Shown here piece after piece: positions 32,678 through 43,041 of a DNA stretch of 64,000 bases. This stretch comes from a bacterium (GTDB lineage Bacteria; UBA8248). Both the position numbers and the translations under genes were made by a program. The stretch spans positions 480,001 to 544,000 of the forward strand of contig OZ242260.1 in the NCBI GenBank assembly GCA_965207065.1, read 5' to 3'. A model generated the notes under the pieces. The model did not search any database. It had not been told where the DNA came from and worked only from the letters and a program-made list of their open reading frames with translations. Every line of letters begins with the position of its first letter. The stretch's first letter is position 1.

Positions 32678-33649
32678 CTACACCAGAATTTTTCCGTCCT
32701 GGATGATCATCTGCTCATCCGCCCATACGGTGGGGTTGTCGAAAATCATGTCGATGTGGAGCGGGGCTTCGACCACGCCCCCGATGCTGCCGCTGTCGCC
32801 CACCGCCATGTGGCACGTGCCCCACGTCTTTTTCGCCTCCCGCATCGTCTCCCGGGGGCGGCATGCCGGATTCGTGCCAATGGCGAATTCCGCCACGTTC
32901 TTCGCCAAATCCCCGTTTTCATCCAGCAGTTTCCAGAACCTGTCCGCGGCGGCGCTTCCCGTGATGGAGGCAACCTTTCCGTCCTTGATCTCGATGCGCA
33001 TGGGCTCGGTGACGAAGCCCAAGTCTTTTCGCTCGATGGAGAATGGGTTCACCATCACGCCGTTGGACGTGCCCTCCAGAGGGCTCATGGCCGCTTCTCC
33101 ATCCGGACAAGCCGCGAATTCTCCGGTTTTCCTCGCCACGCCGATGAGGGGGAAGCAAGTCCTTCCCTCCAGCGAGAATTCCATGTCGCAACCATCGGGC
33201 GTCGTAAACCGGCCCGTTTTCGCATCGGTGTATATGTCGGAAATCAACCGGGTGACCCGGGCGACCTCGTCGTAATCGGCCAGGGCGCCGCCTGCGACCA
33301 TCATGTCTTCTCGCCATCCCCACATATCCAGAACGCGCGCGCCTTGTTTGAGCGCGTTCCTCGCCGTCTCGGTATGGATGGTGGCGAAGCTGGTCTGGAG
33401 TATCACCACGTCGGAAGCCGCCATCGCCGCCCCCACGTGAGGCAGCGGGTCGATTCCCCCGTTCATATGCGGGGGCATGTGCATGACGGAGAGCTTAGCG
33501 CCCGTGGCGCTCAAAGCATGCGCAAGCGCTTCGGTAACCGATGCGGGACGATCCGAATCCGTTACGAGAAGCACCAGCTCGCCCTCTTTCACGTCAAGAA
33601 CCTGCTCTACGATTCGTCTGGCGGTAGGCGCCATATTGAATTTTACCAT
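32678..33649 (-). CDS. Aminopeptidase (M29/thermophilic metalloprotease-like) family
   Basis: PDGE, AEFAIGTNP, GTCHMAVGD, LHIDM motifs. Confidence 0.75.
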   Translation of the reverse strand: MVKFNMAPTARRIVEQVLDVKEGELVLLVTDSDRPASVTEALAHALSATGAKLSVMHMPPHMNGGIDPLPHVGAAMAASDVVILQTSFATIHTETARNALKQGARVLDMWGWREDMMVAGGALADYDEVARVTRLISDIYTDAKTGRFTTPDGCDMEFSLEGRTCFPLIGVARKTGEFAACPDGEAAMSPLEGTSNGVMVNPFSIERKDLGFVTEPMRIEIKDGKVASITGSAAADRFWKLLDENGDLAKNVAEFAIGTNPACRPRETMREAKKTWGTCHMAVGDSGSIGGVVEAPLHIDMIFDNPTVWADEQMIIQDGKILV

Positions 33650-33840
33650 TTCATCACCTCTGCATATTGGAAGCTAAAATTGACGATGCTTCGATTTGAA
33701 ATCAGTCGGTATCAGCGAAACTTTCTTTGGAGCCGCCGCATTATATGGGCCTATGAATCATAGTCGCAAGAGCGCGGCCTGATGTGAGAAAATCGCAAAT
33801 CGTCATGGACTGTATTTCAACAATATAAGTGAGAACGCAG

Positions 33841-34257
33841 GTGAATACCCCGAGAAACCCTTACCTTACGGTGGACGTCATCATCGAGTGCGGGAGCGAG
33901 ACGGGCGATGATGGCATCGTGATGATCGAGCGGAAAAATCCACCTCACGGCTGGGCGCTGCCGGGTGGGTTTGTCGACTACGGGGAATCGCTCGAAACCG
34001 CGGCGATCCGAGAAGCCAGGGAGGAAACGTCGCTCAACGTGGAACTGATTCGCCAGTTCCATGCTTACAGCGACCCCGGGCGCGATGAGAGGCAGCACAA
34101 CGTCACGGTCGTGTTCATCGCAAGGCCCTTGGGCGGTGTCCTGAAAGCACGAGACGACGCGAGGCGCGCAGGCGTTTTCGGCGAAAATGCCCTGCCCGCC
34201 GAAATCGCATTTGATCACGCGGACATTCTAAGCGATTATTTTTCAAAGAAGTATTAG
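33841..34257 (+). CDS. NUDIX hydrolase
   Basis: [26 protein letters not shown] Nudix box. Confidence 0.93.
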   Translation: MNTPRNPYLTVDVIIECGSETGDDGIVMIERKNPPHGWALPGGFVDYGESLETAAIREAREETSLNVELIRQFHAYSDPGRDERQHNVTVVFIARPLGGVLKARDDARRAGVFGENALPAEIAFDHADILSDYFSKKY

Positions 34258-34370
34258 CATGAATCGTAACTGCGAAAGGCGTCCCGAAACACACTGTGCT
34301 ATCATGGACGGGTAACGCGGGGGGACACGCCTGTTTCCCCGATTTTTCTTTGACTTAAGGTTTACGTGAC

Positions 34371-35066
34371 ATGGACGGACTCCTCGGAAGTTTCGGGCGC
34401 GGAATCGAATCGATACGAAAGGACATCGCCGCCGTGATGGAGCGCGACCCCGCCTGCAGATCGAAAACGGAGGTGATTCTCTGCTATCCGGGGTTTCACG
34501 CCGTCTGCCTGCACCGGATGGCCCACTATTTCTGGAAACGGGGATTTCTGCTCGTTGCGCGGTGGCTGAGCCACTGGAACCGGTTCATCACGGGCATCGA
34601 AATTCACCCCGGCGCGCGGATCGGCGAGGGGCTTTTCATCGACCACGGGATGGGCGTCGTCATCGGAGAGACGACGCAGATCGGGAAAAACTGCACCATC
34701 TACCAGGGGGTGACGCTCGGCGGCGTGAGCCTCAAGAAGGAAAAAAGACATCCCTCTCTGGAGGACAACGTCGTCGTCGGCGTCGGAGCACGGGTTTTGG
34801 GTCCGCACGTCATCGGCGGCGGCAGCCGCATCGGCGCCAGTTCGGTCGTCATCTCGGACGTTCCGCCCGGCTGCACGGTCGTCGGCGTGCCCGCGCGCAT
34901 CGTCTACCGGGAGGGAGAAGGCAAAACGGACGTTCTGCTCCCCGTTTCTTTCGAGCACCACGAGTTGCCGGACCCGGTGGAGGCGGCCATTCAAGCCCTG
35001 AACCAGCGCATCGCGGCCCTCGAGAAAGAGCTGTCCCAGTTGCGAGAGCCGGCACGGGAAAAATAA
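34371..35066 (+). CDS. cysE: Serine O-acetyltransferase
   Basis: [30 protein letters not shown]. Confidence 0.93.
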   Translation: MDGLLGSFGRGIESIRKDIAAVMERDPACRSKTEVILCYPGFHAVCLHRMAHYFWKRGFLLVARWLSHWNRFITGIEIHPGARIGEGLFIDHGMGVVIGETTQIGKNCTIYQGVTLGGVSLKKEKRHPSLEDNVVVGVGARVLGPHVIGGGSRIGASSVVISDVPPGCTVVGVPARIVYREGEGKTDVLLPVSFEHHELPDPVEAAIQALNQRIAALEKELSQLREPAREK

Positions 35067-35074
35067 GAGACATC

Positions 35075-36244
35075 ATGAAAACCATATACATGGACCACAA
35101 CGCAACGACCCCGATGCGTCCCGAGGTTCTGGCCGCGATGCAGCCCTATCTCGCCGAAAAATTCGGGAACCCGAACAGCATTCACCGTTATGGCCGGGAA
35201 ACCAGAATCGCGATCGAAAACGCCCGCGACCATGCGGCGGCGCTCATCGGCGCTGCGGAGAGCGACGAAATCTTCTTCACCGCCGGCGGAACGGAGAGCG
35301 ACAACTGGGCGCTCAGAGGCGTCATCTCCGCCGCTTCGGGAAGGAGCCACGTCGTCACCACGGCAATCGAGCACGAGGCGGTACTCGCGACGTGCCATAT
35401 GCTGGAAGCGCAGGGGGTTGAGGTCACCTACGTGAAGCCGAACCGAAAAGGACGCGTTTCAGCGGAAGAGGTGGCGTCGGCGATTCGGCCGGATACGAAA
35501 ATCGTGTCCGTCATATGGGGCAACAACGAGGTCGGCACGGTTCAGCCCATCCATGAGATCGGCGCGCTTTGCCGGGAGCGCGGAATCCTGTTTCATACGG
35601 ATGCCGTACAGGCGCTGGGCAAGCAACCCATCGACGTGGAGCGCGCCGGCGTGTCTTTGCTTTCCGCCACCGGACATAAAATCAACGCCTCCAAGGGAAC
35701 GGGTTTTTTGTATGTGAAGAAAGGAACCGAGCTCGACCCCTTCATGACCGGCGGCGGGCAGGAGCAAAACCTGCGCTCGGGTACGGAAAACGTGGCCGGC
35801 ATCGTGGCGTTGGGAGAAGCCTGCCGCCTTGCGAAAGAGGAAGGCCCGCAATCCGCAAAGAACATCGCCGCCCTGAGGGATCGGCTCGAAAACGAAATCT
35901 GCGAGCACGTTCCCGACGTCTTGGTCAACGGCGACACGGATCACAGGCTGCCCGGCACATCGAACCTGGGCTTCATCGGTGCGGAAGGGGAAACGCTCCT
36001 GATCCGACTCGATCTGGAGGGCATCGCCGTGAGCACCGGGGCCGCCTGCAGCTCGGGTTCCCCCGAGCCCAGCCACGTCCTTCTGGCGATGGATTTGCCG
36101 AAAGAAACCGTGCAGGGCTCGCTCAGATTCAGCCTCGGCTACGGCAACTCGGATGCGGATATCGACAGGCTGCTCGAAGTGCTGCCCGAAGCCGTCAGCA
36201 AGGTGCGCGAAATGGCGCCTCGCCTGAAATCAACGAAAACATGA
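35075..36244 (+). CDS. iscS: Cysteine desulfurase (IscS/NifS)
   Basis: YMDHNATTP, HTDAVQ, SATGHK, STGAACSSG. Confidence 0.92.
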   Translation: MKTIYMDHNATTPMRPEVLAAMQPYLAEKFGNPNSIHRYGRETRIAIENARDHAAALIGAAESDEIFFTAGGTESDNWALRGVISAASGRSHVVTTAIEHEAVLATCHMLEAQGVEVTYVKPNRKGRVSAEEVASAIRPDTKIVSVIWGNNEVGTVQPIHEIGALCRERGILFHTDAVQALGKQPIDVERAGVSLLSATGHKINASKGTGFLYVKKGTELDPFMTGGGQEQNLRSGTENVAGIVALGEACRLAKEEGPQSAKNIAALRDRLENEICEHVPDVLVNGDTDHRLPGTSNLGFIGAEGETLLIRLDLEGIAVSTGAACSSGSPEPSHVLLAMDLPKETVQGSLRFSLGYGNSDADIDRLLEVLPEAVSKVREMAPRLKSTKT

Positions 36245-36253
36245 GAAGAACCT

Positions 36254-36637
36254 TTGGCTCCAAGAGACGACTACCACTATAACGAGACGGTGCTCGCCCA
36301 CATTGCGGACCCGCGCAATATCGGCGTCATCGAAGACGCGGACGCCGAGGGGAGTGGAACGAACCCCGCCTGCGGCGATGAAGTAACGCTTTTTCTCAAA
36401 TTCGAGGGCGAGACGGTCTCGGACGCCAGGATGAGAATCCTCGGCTGCGGGGCGATTACGGCCGCCATGAGTTCGCTGACGGATATGGTGCGCGGAAAAA
36501 CAGTCGACGAGCTTGGAGAAATTACCGCCGAGGAAATCGCGGAAAGCGTCGACGGCCTCCCCTCCCATAAACGCCACTGCGCCACCCTCGCCCGGCGGGT
36601 ACTCCAGAACGCGCTTAAATCGAGAAGCGCCAGCTGA
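36254..36637 (+). CDS. iscU: Fe-S scaffold IscU/NifU N-terminal domain
   Basis: NPACGD, GCG, KRHCA; TTG start. Confidence 0.9.
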   Translation: MAPRDDYHYNETVLAHIADPRNIGVIEDADAEGSGTNPACGDEVTLFLKFEGETVSDARMRILGCGAITAAMSSLTDMVRGKTVDELGEITAEEIAESVDGLPSHKRHCATLARRVLQNALKSRSAS

Positions 36638-36644
36638 CCCCTCC

Positions 36645-37106
36645 ATGAACGCTTCACAAACGGTTAAAATACTGGAACTAGACGCCATGAAGGGTTGGGC
36701 GCTTCGCACCGAGGCCGCTGCCAGCCCTGAGATTATCGGCCTCACCCAGGCCCGCCTGCTCAGGATTTGCAGGAACCTTCCCGCAATCGGCCCCGCTTAC
36801 GGACTCGACTATGGGGAGTGCGGATACGAGGCCTGCCGGCGGGCGCTCACCGACCTGCCGAGACCCGAGGAACTCCATGAGACGAATTTTATGGGCGGAT
36901 GGCATGCGGTGGGAACGCACACCGGGGGATATGACACGCTTAGGCTCACGCTGGGCGAGATGATTGAAAAATGGCTGCCGCACAGCGGATTCAGGAGAAG
37001 GGAAGGCCCGGTGATGTATCGATACATGACCGACCCCCGCGAAACGGCGGAAGCCGACACCCGAACGGAAGTCTGCGTGCCCGTTCAGCCCGACCCGATT
37101 GAGTGA
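36645..37106 (+). CDS. GyrI-like small-molecule-binding domain protein
   Basis: GWHAVGTHTGGYDTL, WLPHSG, Y.TDP..TEVCVPV. Confidence 0.75.
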   Translation: MNASQTVKILELDAMKGWALRTEAAASPEIIGLTQARLLRICRNLPAIGPAYGLDYGECGYEACRRALTDLPRPEELHETNFMGGWHAVGTHTGGYDTLRLTLGEMIEKWLPHSGFRRREGPVMYRYMTDPRETAEADTRTEVCVPVQPDPIE

Positions 37107-37154
37107 GAGTCTGACATGTCACGACCTGTTCAAAAGAAGCGGTGCGGTTTTGTT

Positions 37155-37293
37155 CGTCATTCCGGCGAAAGCCGGAATCCAGAACCGATAGGAGTGTAAA
37201 GTTTCGGGTATTTCATTCCATCATTTAACGAGCTTGAATAAATACGAAAAACCAAAGGCGAAACCCTGGATTCCGGCATGCGCCGGAATGACG
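37155..37293. repeat. Inverted pair of CGTCATTCCGGC-N4-GCCGGAATCCAG palindromes
   Basis: 37155-37182 and 37266-37293 are inverted copies; further copies at 3951-3979 and 57694-57720. Confidence 0.85.
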
Positions 37294-37355
37294 GCATGTG
37301 GATCAAGCATCAGCCATGAGAAAGGGTTTTAGGGGCAGCCCCATTTATCCGACGT

Positions 37356-37525
37356 ATTTCGTCATTGCATATTCGGGGGGTGTAGGTCAGACATATATGA
37401 CTGACATATCATGCGACCCTGTTTTTTCACCCACTACAAGGGCCGCATATATGCGGCCCCTACACCTATGCGCGGCAAGACGGAATACCGCCGCCGAAAT
37501 GACGGTGGTTTGTCTCGGTCGATGA
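37356..37525. repeat. Nested REP cluster (GTAG..CATATATG units inside GTCATT/AATGAC ends)
   Basis: GGGCCGCATATATGCGGCCCCTAC at 37440-37463 matches 40725-40748. Confidence 0.75.
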
Positions 37526-37561
37526 GGAACGGAACAAGGACAAATCACGACCTCGGACACT

Positions 37562-40513
37562 TCACGCCTTTGAGATTCGGCACAGCAGGCTTTTCAGATT
37601 CGTCTGGTCCGAGCACGGGTCGCGCTGCGTGATGTCCGTCAGGAAATTCACCGACCGCCAGGGGTGGTAGGGCTGGCGTTCTCCCCAGCCGATGGGAACG
37701 AACACCGAGTCCTCCCGGATGCCCGCGTTCACCCAGGCCATCGCCTCGATGGCGCCATGGGCCGTCTCCACCCGGACTTTCTCCCCATCTTCGATTCCCA
37801 ACGCTTCTGCTTTTTCGGGATGTATCTGGCAATAGAGGTCGGGCCACATCTCCTGCGCCTGCCAGAAATAATGCGTCCAGCTATGAAAATGCGGCGCGGG
37901 CGGGCGGCCCGTTATCAGCGTCGTCTCAAAGCCTTTTCGGCGAAGCGCATCGCCCAGGTTTTTCTCATCCGGCTGAACGATTCTGGCGGCGCGAGACCCC
38001 GTCGGCACCTTGCTGAACGGAGAGATAACTTCCAGATCGTCGTCTCCGTGTTCATATTCGAGATAGGGCAATTGCAGAAGATTTTCCTTCTCGCTGTAAA
38101 ACTCAGGGAGTGCGGAGAGTCCTACTTTCGAGAATTTTTCCTCCAGCGCTTCCGTCCAGAACTCGAGCCGCCCGCTCGGCGTGGGGAAGCGCTTGCCCTC
38201 GGGCTGTCCGGTGGCGGTCGTTCCTTCGAGATACAACGTCTCCTGTTCGGGGGCATCCTCGCTCGCGACGGGAAAACGCACCCATCGGTAGGGAACCGAG
38301 TGTAGCCGCTTCTGCGTCACGCCCCTCAGGAAATCGTTGTCGATGCACATCTCGTCCCAGAACTTGCCCGGGTCCTTGTATTCCTCTTTCATGACGTCGC
38401 CGAACCCGAGGCGCCGCCCGAGTTCTATCCATATCCATCCATCGGGCTTCGCCTCTCCCGGCGGGTCGATCATCTTGTCTATCCACACGATTCTTCTGTC
38501 GTCATTCGTGCGGCCCAGCTCCCCTTTTTCGATCCCGCCCGCCGCGGGCAGCACGTAATCCGCATAGGCTGAGGTCTCATTCGCGAACAACTCGATATGG
38601 ACGACGAGGTCGAGCGCCTGGAAAGCCTCGCGCGCGTCATCCTGGCCCGGCCATTGCGCGAGCGGGTTGTTGCACGTGATGAGCCCCTTGATGGGATACG
38701 GCTTGCCCTCCCGCATGGCGCTCAACCAGCCCGCCGGGCTCCTGCGGGCCATCGGCTTTTCAATTTTCGCCCTTCTGTTTTCCGGCGCGTTGGCGGCGAT
38801 GGGCGGCCCCGCCGTCATGTTCACGTAGGCGCCGCCCTTGCGGCCCCAGTTTCCCGTTATCGCGGCGACGAACATCATCGCCCGGTTGGTCTGTACCGAG
38901 TTGGTATGCTGGTTGAGTCCCCGGCTACCGAAGATGACGCAGCCGTCCGCTCGGGCCACGTCCTCGGAAAGCGCGCGAATCTCATCCGCAGGAATGCCCG
39001 TTATGGCTTCCGCCCAATCGGGGGAATAACCCTTTGCGATTATGAAATCGCGCCAGCGCTCCCAGCCCAGCACCCATTCCTCGCAGAAACGCTGGTCGTG
39101 CATATTTTCAGAGAGAATATGGTGCGCCATGGCGAGGCCCAGGGCCATGTCGGTACCCGGTCGGATGGCGAGCCATTTATCCGCCTTGCTCGCCGTGGCG
39201 GTGTACCTCGGGTCCACAACCACCATCCTGGTCTTGTTCCTGATGCGCCAGTCGTTCACCTTGCCGAAATAGACTGGACGCGTCTCCGCCTGGTTGTCCC
39301 CGATGTAGAGATACATACCGGCGCTGCCGATATCCTCGGGCGTATAGCTGTTCCCGTTTCCGTTGGTCCCGTGCGTCACCTCGTAGGCGACCACCTTGCC
39401 CGCCGCGCAAAACGGGTCCGTACCCTGCAGGTTCGGCGTGCCCCACATCTGGCTGAACAAGCGCGCATAGCCTTTTTGCGTAATGAGACCCGTGCGGGTG
39501 CCCACGAACATCGCCAGCGCCTCCGTGCCCCATTTTTCTCTCAAGACTTCCAGTTTCGCGGCGATCTCATCGAGCGCCTGCTCCCAGGTGATGCGCTCGA
39601 ATTCGCCCTCACCCCGGCGGCCGACGCGCTTGAGCGGATACTGGAGGCGATGCTCGTTGTGGTGCATCTGGAGCGTGAACTGCGCCTTGGGACAGATTTT
39701 TCCGTTCAGGACGGGGTCCTCGTCGTTTCCCGTCACGTTGATGAGCTTATCACCCTGGAAATGGAACTTGGCGGTGCAGCAGTTGAAACAGAAATTACAC
39801 CCCCCCGGCACGACGCGGTCCGCCTGGAGCGTCTTTTTGTCGTGCAGGTAGGGGAAGTCGGGGCCTTTCTCCTCGAAAACGCCGTTCGCTTCGGGTGAAT
39901 CCACGAAACGAGGCCGTTTGGGTTCCTCGTGCAAACTTGAATTTTCCGCTCCATTCAAGCGGCCGTTTTCCCTCTCGATTTTCTCCAGATATATCGTCTG
40001 CGGCTTCAGGAGAAAATGGTCGTGATCCCGAAGGCTCCGCTCCTCTTCCTCCGCCTTTTCGAGAAGCGTCTCCCTCTCCCCGAACGAGATGGCGTAGCCC
40101 GGACATATCTCAGCGCAGGCGGGCTCCAGCTCCTTCTCCCGCCGCTCGGGACACAGGTCGCACTTCACCGAATGATGCCCCTGGGCGTCATAGCCCATCG
40201 CGCTGTAGGGACACGCCATGACGCATTCCCCGCAACCCGTGCAGAGCGACTCATGAACCTCCACCACGCCGGTATCGGGGTCTTTCGTGATTGCCTTGGG
40301 ATGAACGGGACAGGCCCTCAGGCAAGCGGGCCGTTCGCAATGCTGACAGGTGAGCGTGAGGAAATCGGGTGCTCCCGTGGAAGCGTTCCCCAGCCAGACC
40401 ACTTTGTTGCGGTATTGGCCGGGGCCCAGCCTGTGCTCCTGCTTGCAGGCCGCCTCACAGCTCTTGCAGCCGAAGCACCGCTCCAGATCGATCATCAAGG
40501 CCAGTTGGCTCAA
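37562..40513 (-). CDS. Molybdopterin oxidoreductase (DMSO reductase superfamily) with fused N-terminal 4x[4Fe-4S] ferredoxin
   Basis: CFGCKSCEAAC, CQHCERPAC, CTGCGEC, CDLC; CNFCFNC..CPK; RITWEQALD, VVVDPR, RPGTDMAL, ADYVLPA, IHPEKA; SD AAGGAG + TTG. Confidence 0.92.
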   Translation of the reverse strand: MSQLALMIDLERCFGCKSCEAACKQEHRLGPGQYRNKVVWLGNASTGAPDFLTLTCQHCERPACLRACPVHPKAITKDPDTGVVEVHESLCTGCGECVMACPYSAMGYDAQGHHSVKCDLCPERREKELEPACAEICPGYAISFGERETLLEKAEEEERSLRDHDHFLLKPQTIYLEKIERENGRLNGAENSSLHEEPKRPRFVDSPEANGVFEEKGPDFPYLHDKKTLQADRVVPGGCNFCFNCCTAKFHFQGDKLINVTGNDEDPVLNGKICPKAQFTLQMHHNEHRLQYPLKRVGRRGEGEFERITWEQALDEIAAKLEVLREKWGTEALAMFVGTRTGLITQKGYARLFSQMWGTPNLQGTDPFCAAGKVVAYEVTHGTNGNGNSYTPEDIGSAGMYLYIGDNQAETRPVYFGKVNDWRIRNKTRMVVVDPRYTATASKADKWLAIRPGTDMALGLAMAHHILSENMHDQRFCEEWVLGWERWRDFIIAKGYSPDWAEAITGIPADEIRALSEDVARADGCVIFGSRGLNQHTNSVQTNRAMMFVAAITGNWGRKGGAYVNMTAGPPIAANAPENRRAKIEKPMARRSPAGWLSAMREGKPYPIKGLITCNNPLAQWPGQDDAREAFQALDLVVHIELFANETSAYADYVLPAAGGIEKGELGRTNDDRRIVWIDKMIDPPGEAKPDGWIWIELGRRLGFGDVMKEEYKDPGKFWDEMCIDNDFLRGVTQKRLHSVPYRWVRFPVASEDAPEQETLYLEGTTATGQPEGKRFPTPSGRLEFWTEALEEKFSKVGLSALPEFYSEKENLLQLPYLEYEHGDDDLEVISPFSKVPTGSRAARIVQPDEKNLGDALRRKGFETTLITGRPPAPHFHSWTHYFWQAQEMWPDLYCQIHPEKAEALGIEDGEKVRVETAHGAIEAMAWVNAGIREDSVFVPIGWGERQPYHPWRSVNFLTDITQRDPCSDQTNLKSLLCRISKA

Positions 40514-40604
40514 GACTCGCTCCTTAAGGAAGAAGGCGTCGAAAAGGCCCCTGTGGAAGGGATTTGCAGGTGGCGCTCCCTCCTTGGGGTTGTCCCAAGC
40601 ATAT

Positions 40605-40811
40605 GGGGCTTTTGAAAAACCCTCCTCGCTCGGGATTCACACAGTCGTCATTCCGGCGTTAATGTCGCTTCTGTTGTAGGGGTCGCATATATGCGACCCG
40701 GCCTTTTTCGCGCCTCCTGCGAACGGGCCGCATATATGCGGCCCCTACATGGCTTCTCGCCTGTTAAAGCGTCCCTCTGTCCCTTCCCCAGGTAGATTTT
40801 CTCAACAACCC
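40605..40811. mobile_element. MITE-like element with REP cargo
   Basis: GGGGCTTTTGAAAAA ... TTTTCTCAACAACCC inverted ends; internal GTAG palindromes. Confidence 0.55.
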
Positions 40812-40822
40812 GGACGCGCGGG

Positions 40823-41596
40823 CTACCACTTCGTCAGGTGCCACCAGTAAATCTCTTCCCCGCCCGAAACATAACCGGCGAAAAAAGTGACGGTAACGAT
40901 GTGCCCCAGCATACCGAGAATGAAGGCAAACGCCAAAACGATGTGAACCAGCCGCCAGTACGCCTGCGCAGTAGATACGCTCGCGCGCATGCCCAGTAAT
41001 TTGTTTTCCCGGCCGACCAGCCGGGCGTAGGCGAGCGTAAGACCCGGTCTTGTGAGCCAGTGTTTGAGTCTCGGAGAGAAGACGCCCTCATTCGCTCCCG
41101 GCTCGAGCCTCGAAAGCAGGGATTCTTTCTCTTCGATGAGGCGGGCCATTTGCTCGCGTTTTTCGGAACTGAGTGGAGAGAAGGATTGCTCCCTCGAAGC
41201 GAACGTGGCCGACATATCTTTGGAAAGTCGAACGCGCGCCCACACGCCCAGAATCACCAGAAGCAACAGGGCGACGAGCAACAGCGCCGGCGCATAGCGA
41301 AGAAACCCGCCCGAGTGGACCGTCACCAGCACGGCACCCAGGGTGGCCGTCACGACATGGGCGGAAAACCAGCCAATGGGGGAGCCGCCCGTGCCCGTTC
41401 GCTTCGTGATCACGAAGACTACGGAGACGCACAGAAGAATCGTCCCCGCCACGCCTATCAGATACAGCGTCGGGGAACCCGGCAGATGCCAATCACGCGG
41501 TAATTCGTGCTGAAACGCAAAGAAGGTGACCAGAACGACCGCAGCAGCGAATACGAGATACGCAAGCAGTCTGTCGCCGATATCGAGTCTTCTCAT
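40823..41596 (-). CDS. Integral membrane protein, putative di-haem b (ferric-reductase-like) anchor
   Basis: Multiple TM helices; two H-x13-H pairs (HVVTATLGAVLVTVH, HIVLAFAFILGMLGH). Confidence 0.7.
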   Translation of the reverse strand: MRRLDIGDRLLAYLVFAAAVVLVTFFAFQHELPRDWHLPGSPTLYLIGVAGTILLCVSVVFVITKRTGTGGSPIGWFSAHVVTATLGAVLVTVHSGGFLRYAPALLLVALLLLVILGVWARVRLSKDMSATFASREQSFSPLSSEKREQMARLIEEKESLLSRLEPGANEGVFSPRLKHWLTRPGLTLAYARLVGRENKLLGMRASVSTAQAYWRLVHIVLAFAFILGMLGHIVTVTFFAGYVSGGEEIYWWHLTKW

Positions 41597-41601
41597 GAAA
41601 A

Positions 41602-42081
41602 TCAGGGAAATTCGATTTTCTCGACGTCTACGATTTCAAAATTTCTCACGCCGCCGGGCAACTGAACCGCCACCTCATCGCCCGGTTCTTTCTGCATGAG
41701 CCCGCGCGAGAGCGGCGCGCTGAAGGAGATGATCCCGTTGGGGAGGTCGCTTTCCTCCTCGCCCAATATCTTGTAGGTAATCTCTTCATCCTTATCCAGG
41801 TCGAAAAGCGTGACTTTCGTGCCGATGGTGACCCTGTCGCCGGCGATGGGGAGGTCCTCGATCACGCTCGCCTCGCGGATCTTGTCCATGATGCGGCTGA
41901 TTTCGTTCTTGAGGTTGCCCTGCAGCTCGATGGCCGCTTCCCACTCGGCGTTCTCGCTCAAATCGCCCAGACTCGCCGCCTTGCCGATTTCTTTCGCCAC
42001 CTCGTGCTTCAGACGGTGTTGAATTTCTCCAACCTTTTGCCTCAACCCCTCGAGTCTTGCTTTCGTAATGTAATACGGCAT
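41602..42081 (-). CDS. greA: Transcription elongation factor GreA
   Basis: GDLSENAEW, IS..APL..GL; 159 aa. Confidence 0.92.
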   Translation of the reverse strand: MPYYITKARLEGLRQKVGEIQHRLKHEVAKEIGKAASLGDLSENAEWEAAIELQGNLKNEISRIMDKIREASVIEDLPIAGDRVTIGTKVTLFDLDKDEEITYKILGEEESDLPNGIISFSAPLSRGLMQKEPGDEVAVQLPGGVRNFEIVDVEKIEFP

Positions 42082-42123
42082 CTCTTCCTCATTCAGCGGT
42101 TTGAAATAATCTGCAAATGCGCC

Positions 42124-43041
42124 TTAAGCGCCCTTAGCTGTTTTTTCCTTCACCTGATCCCTGAAATCATACCCCGTGTCCTCCACGAACGCTTCGATCA
42201 GGCGTTTCGTGACCGGCCCCGGAACCGGCGCGCCCGGCTTGAAGCTGTCGATTTCATGCACGGGCATGGCGCATATCGCGCTCGAGGTGATGAAATACTC
42301 CTCCGCCTGCGCCAGATCGTACGTCGTGATGTCCCTTTCCTCGACGGCGACCCCCAGGCGCGCGGCCAGTTCGAACACCGCGATGCGCGTTACTCCCTGC
42401 AAGATGTTCCTCTCGTGCGGCGTCCAGAGCGCGCCGTCTTTCACCATGAAGAAATTGGCGGACGAGTTCTCGGCCACGTTCCCGTGAACGTCGAGCATTA
42501 ACGATAAAGATCCCGATGCGGCGGCATCGAGTTCCGCCAGAATCTGGTTCATCTTGCTCGTCACCTTGGCTCTCGTCTCGATGCATTCGGGCGGGTTGCG
42601 CCTCGTAGGCGTAATCGACAGGCGTACGCCGTTCAGATACCGCTCCGCGAAAGACGCGACGTTCACGGGCCGCCAGAATATGAACACCGAAGCGGGCCCC
42701 GCCGCGCCCGCCGCCATCGAGGGATCGTCGTAACCGCGGGTCACCCAATGGCCGACGCGGTACATGGCGCCCTCTTCCAAGCGGCACAGATTCGACTCCA
42801 GGGTGGCCAGCGTCGCCTGCTTCATATCCTCTTGACTGAGACCTACCTCGATGCGGACGTACTTGAGCGAGCGGTAGAGGCGGTCGATATGGTCTTCGAG
42901 CCGATAGAGCTTCCCATCAAAACAGGGGGTGACTTCGTATACCCCGTCGCCCCAGAGGAAACCGCGATCGAAGGGCGATATCCTGGCGCTATTCTCTTCT
43001 ATGATCTCTCCGTTGAGATAGACGAATCGCTCACCGGGCAT
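42124..43041 (-). CDS. Aminotransferase class IV (fold-type IV PLP)
   Basis: DRGFLWGDGVYE, HIDRL, AK, ENSSANFF, ILQGVTR. Confidence 0.9.
   Translation of the reverse strand: MPGERFVYLNGEIIEENSARISPFDRGFLWGDGVYEVTPCFDGKLYRLEDHIDRLYRSLKYVRIEVGLSQEDMKQATLATLESNLCRLEEGAMYRVGHWVTRGYDDPSMAAGAAGPASVFIFWRPVNVASFAERYLNGVRLSITPTRRNPPECIETRAKVTSKMNQILAELDAAASGSLSLMLDVHGNVAENSSANFFMVKDGALWTPHERNILQGVTRIAVFELAARLGVAVEERDITTYDLAQAEEYFITSSAICAMPVHEIDSFKPGAPVPGPVTKRLIEAFVEDTGYDFRDQVKEKTAKGA

Noticed and set aside
34562-36244. 560-aa extended IscS and similar N-terminal extensions (fumC 4993, thiI 52083, MaoC 2271, SbcD-like 24069)
   Set aside because: The extensions overlap upstream genes in other frames; downstream starts match family N-termini.
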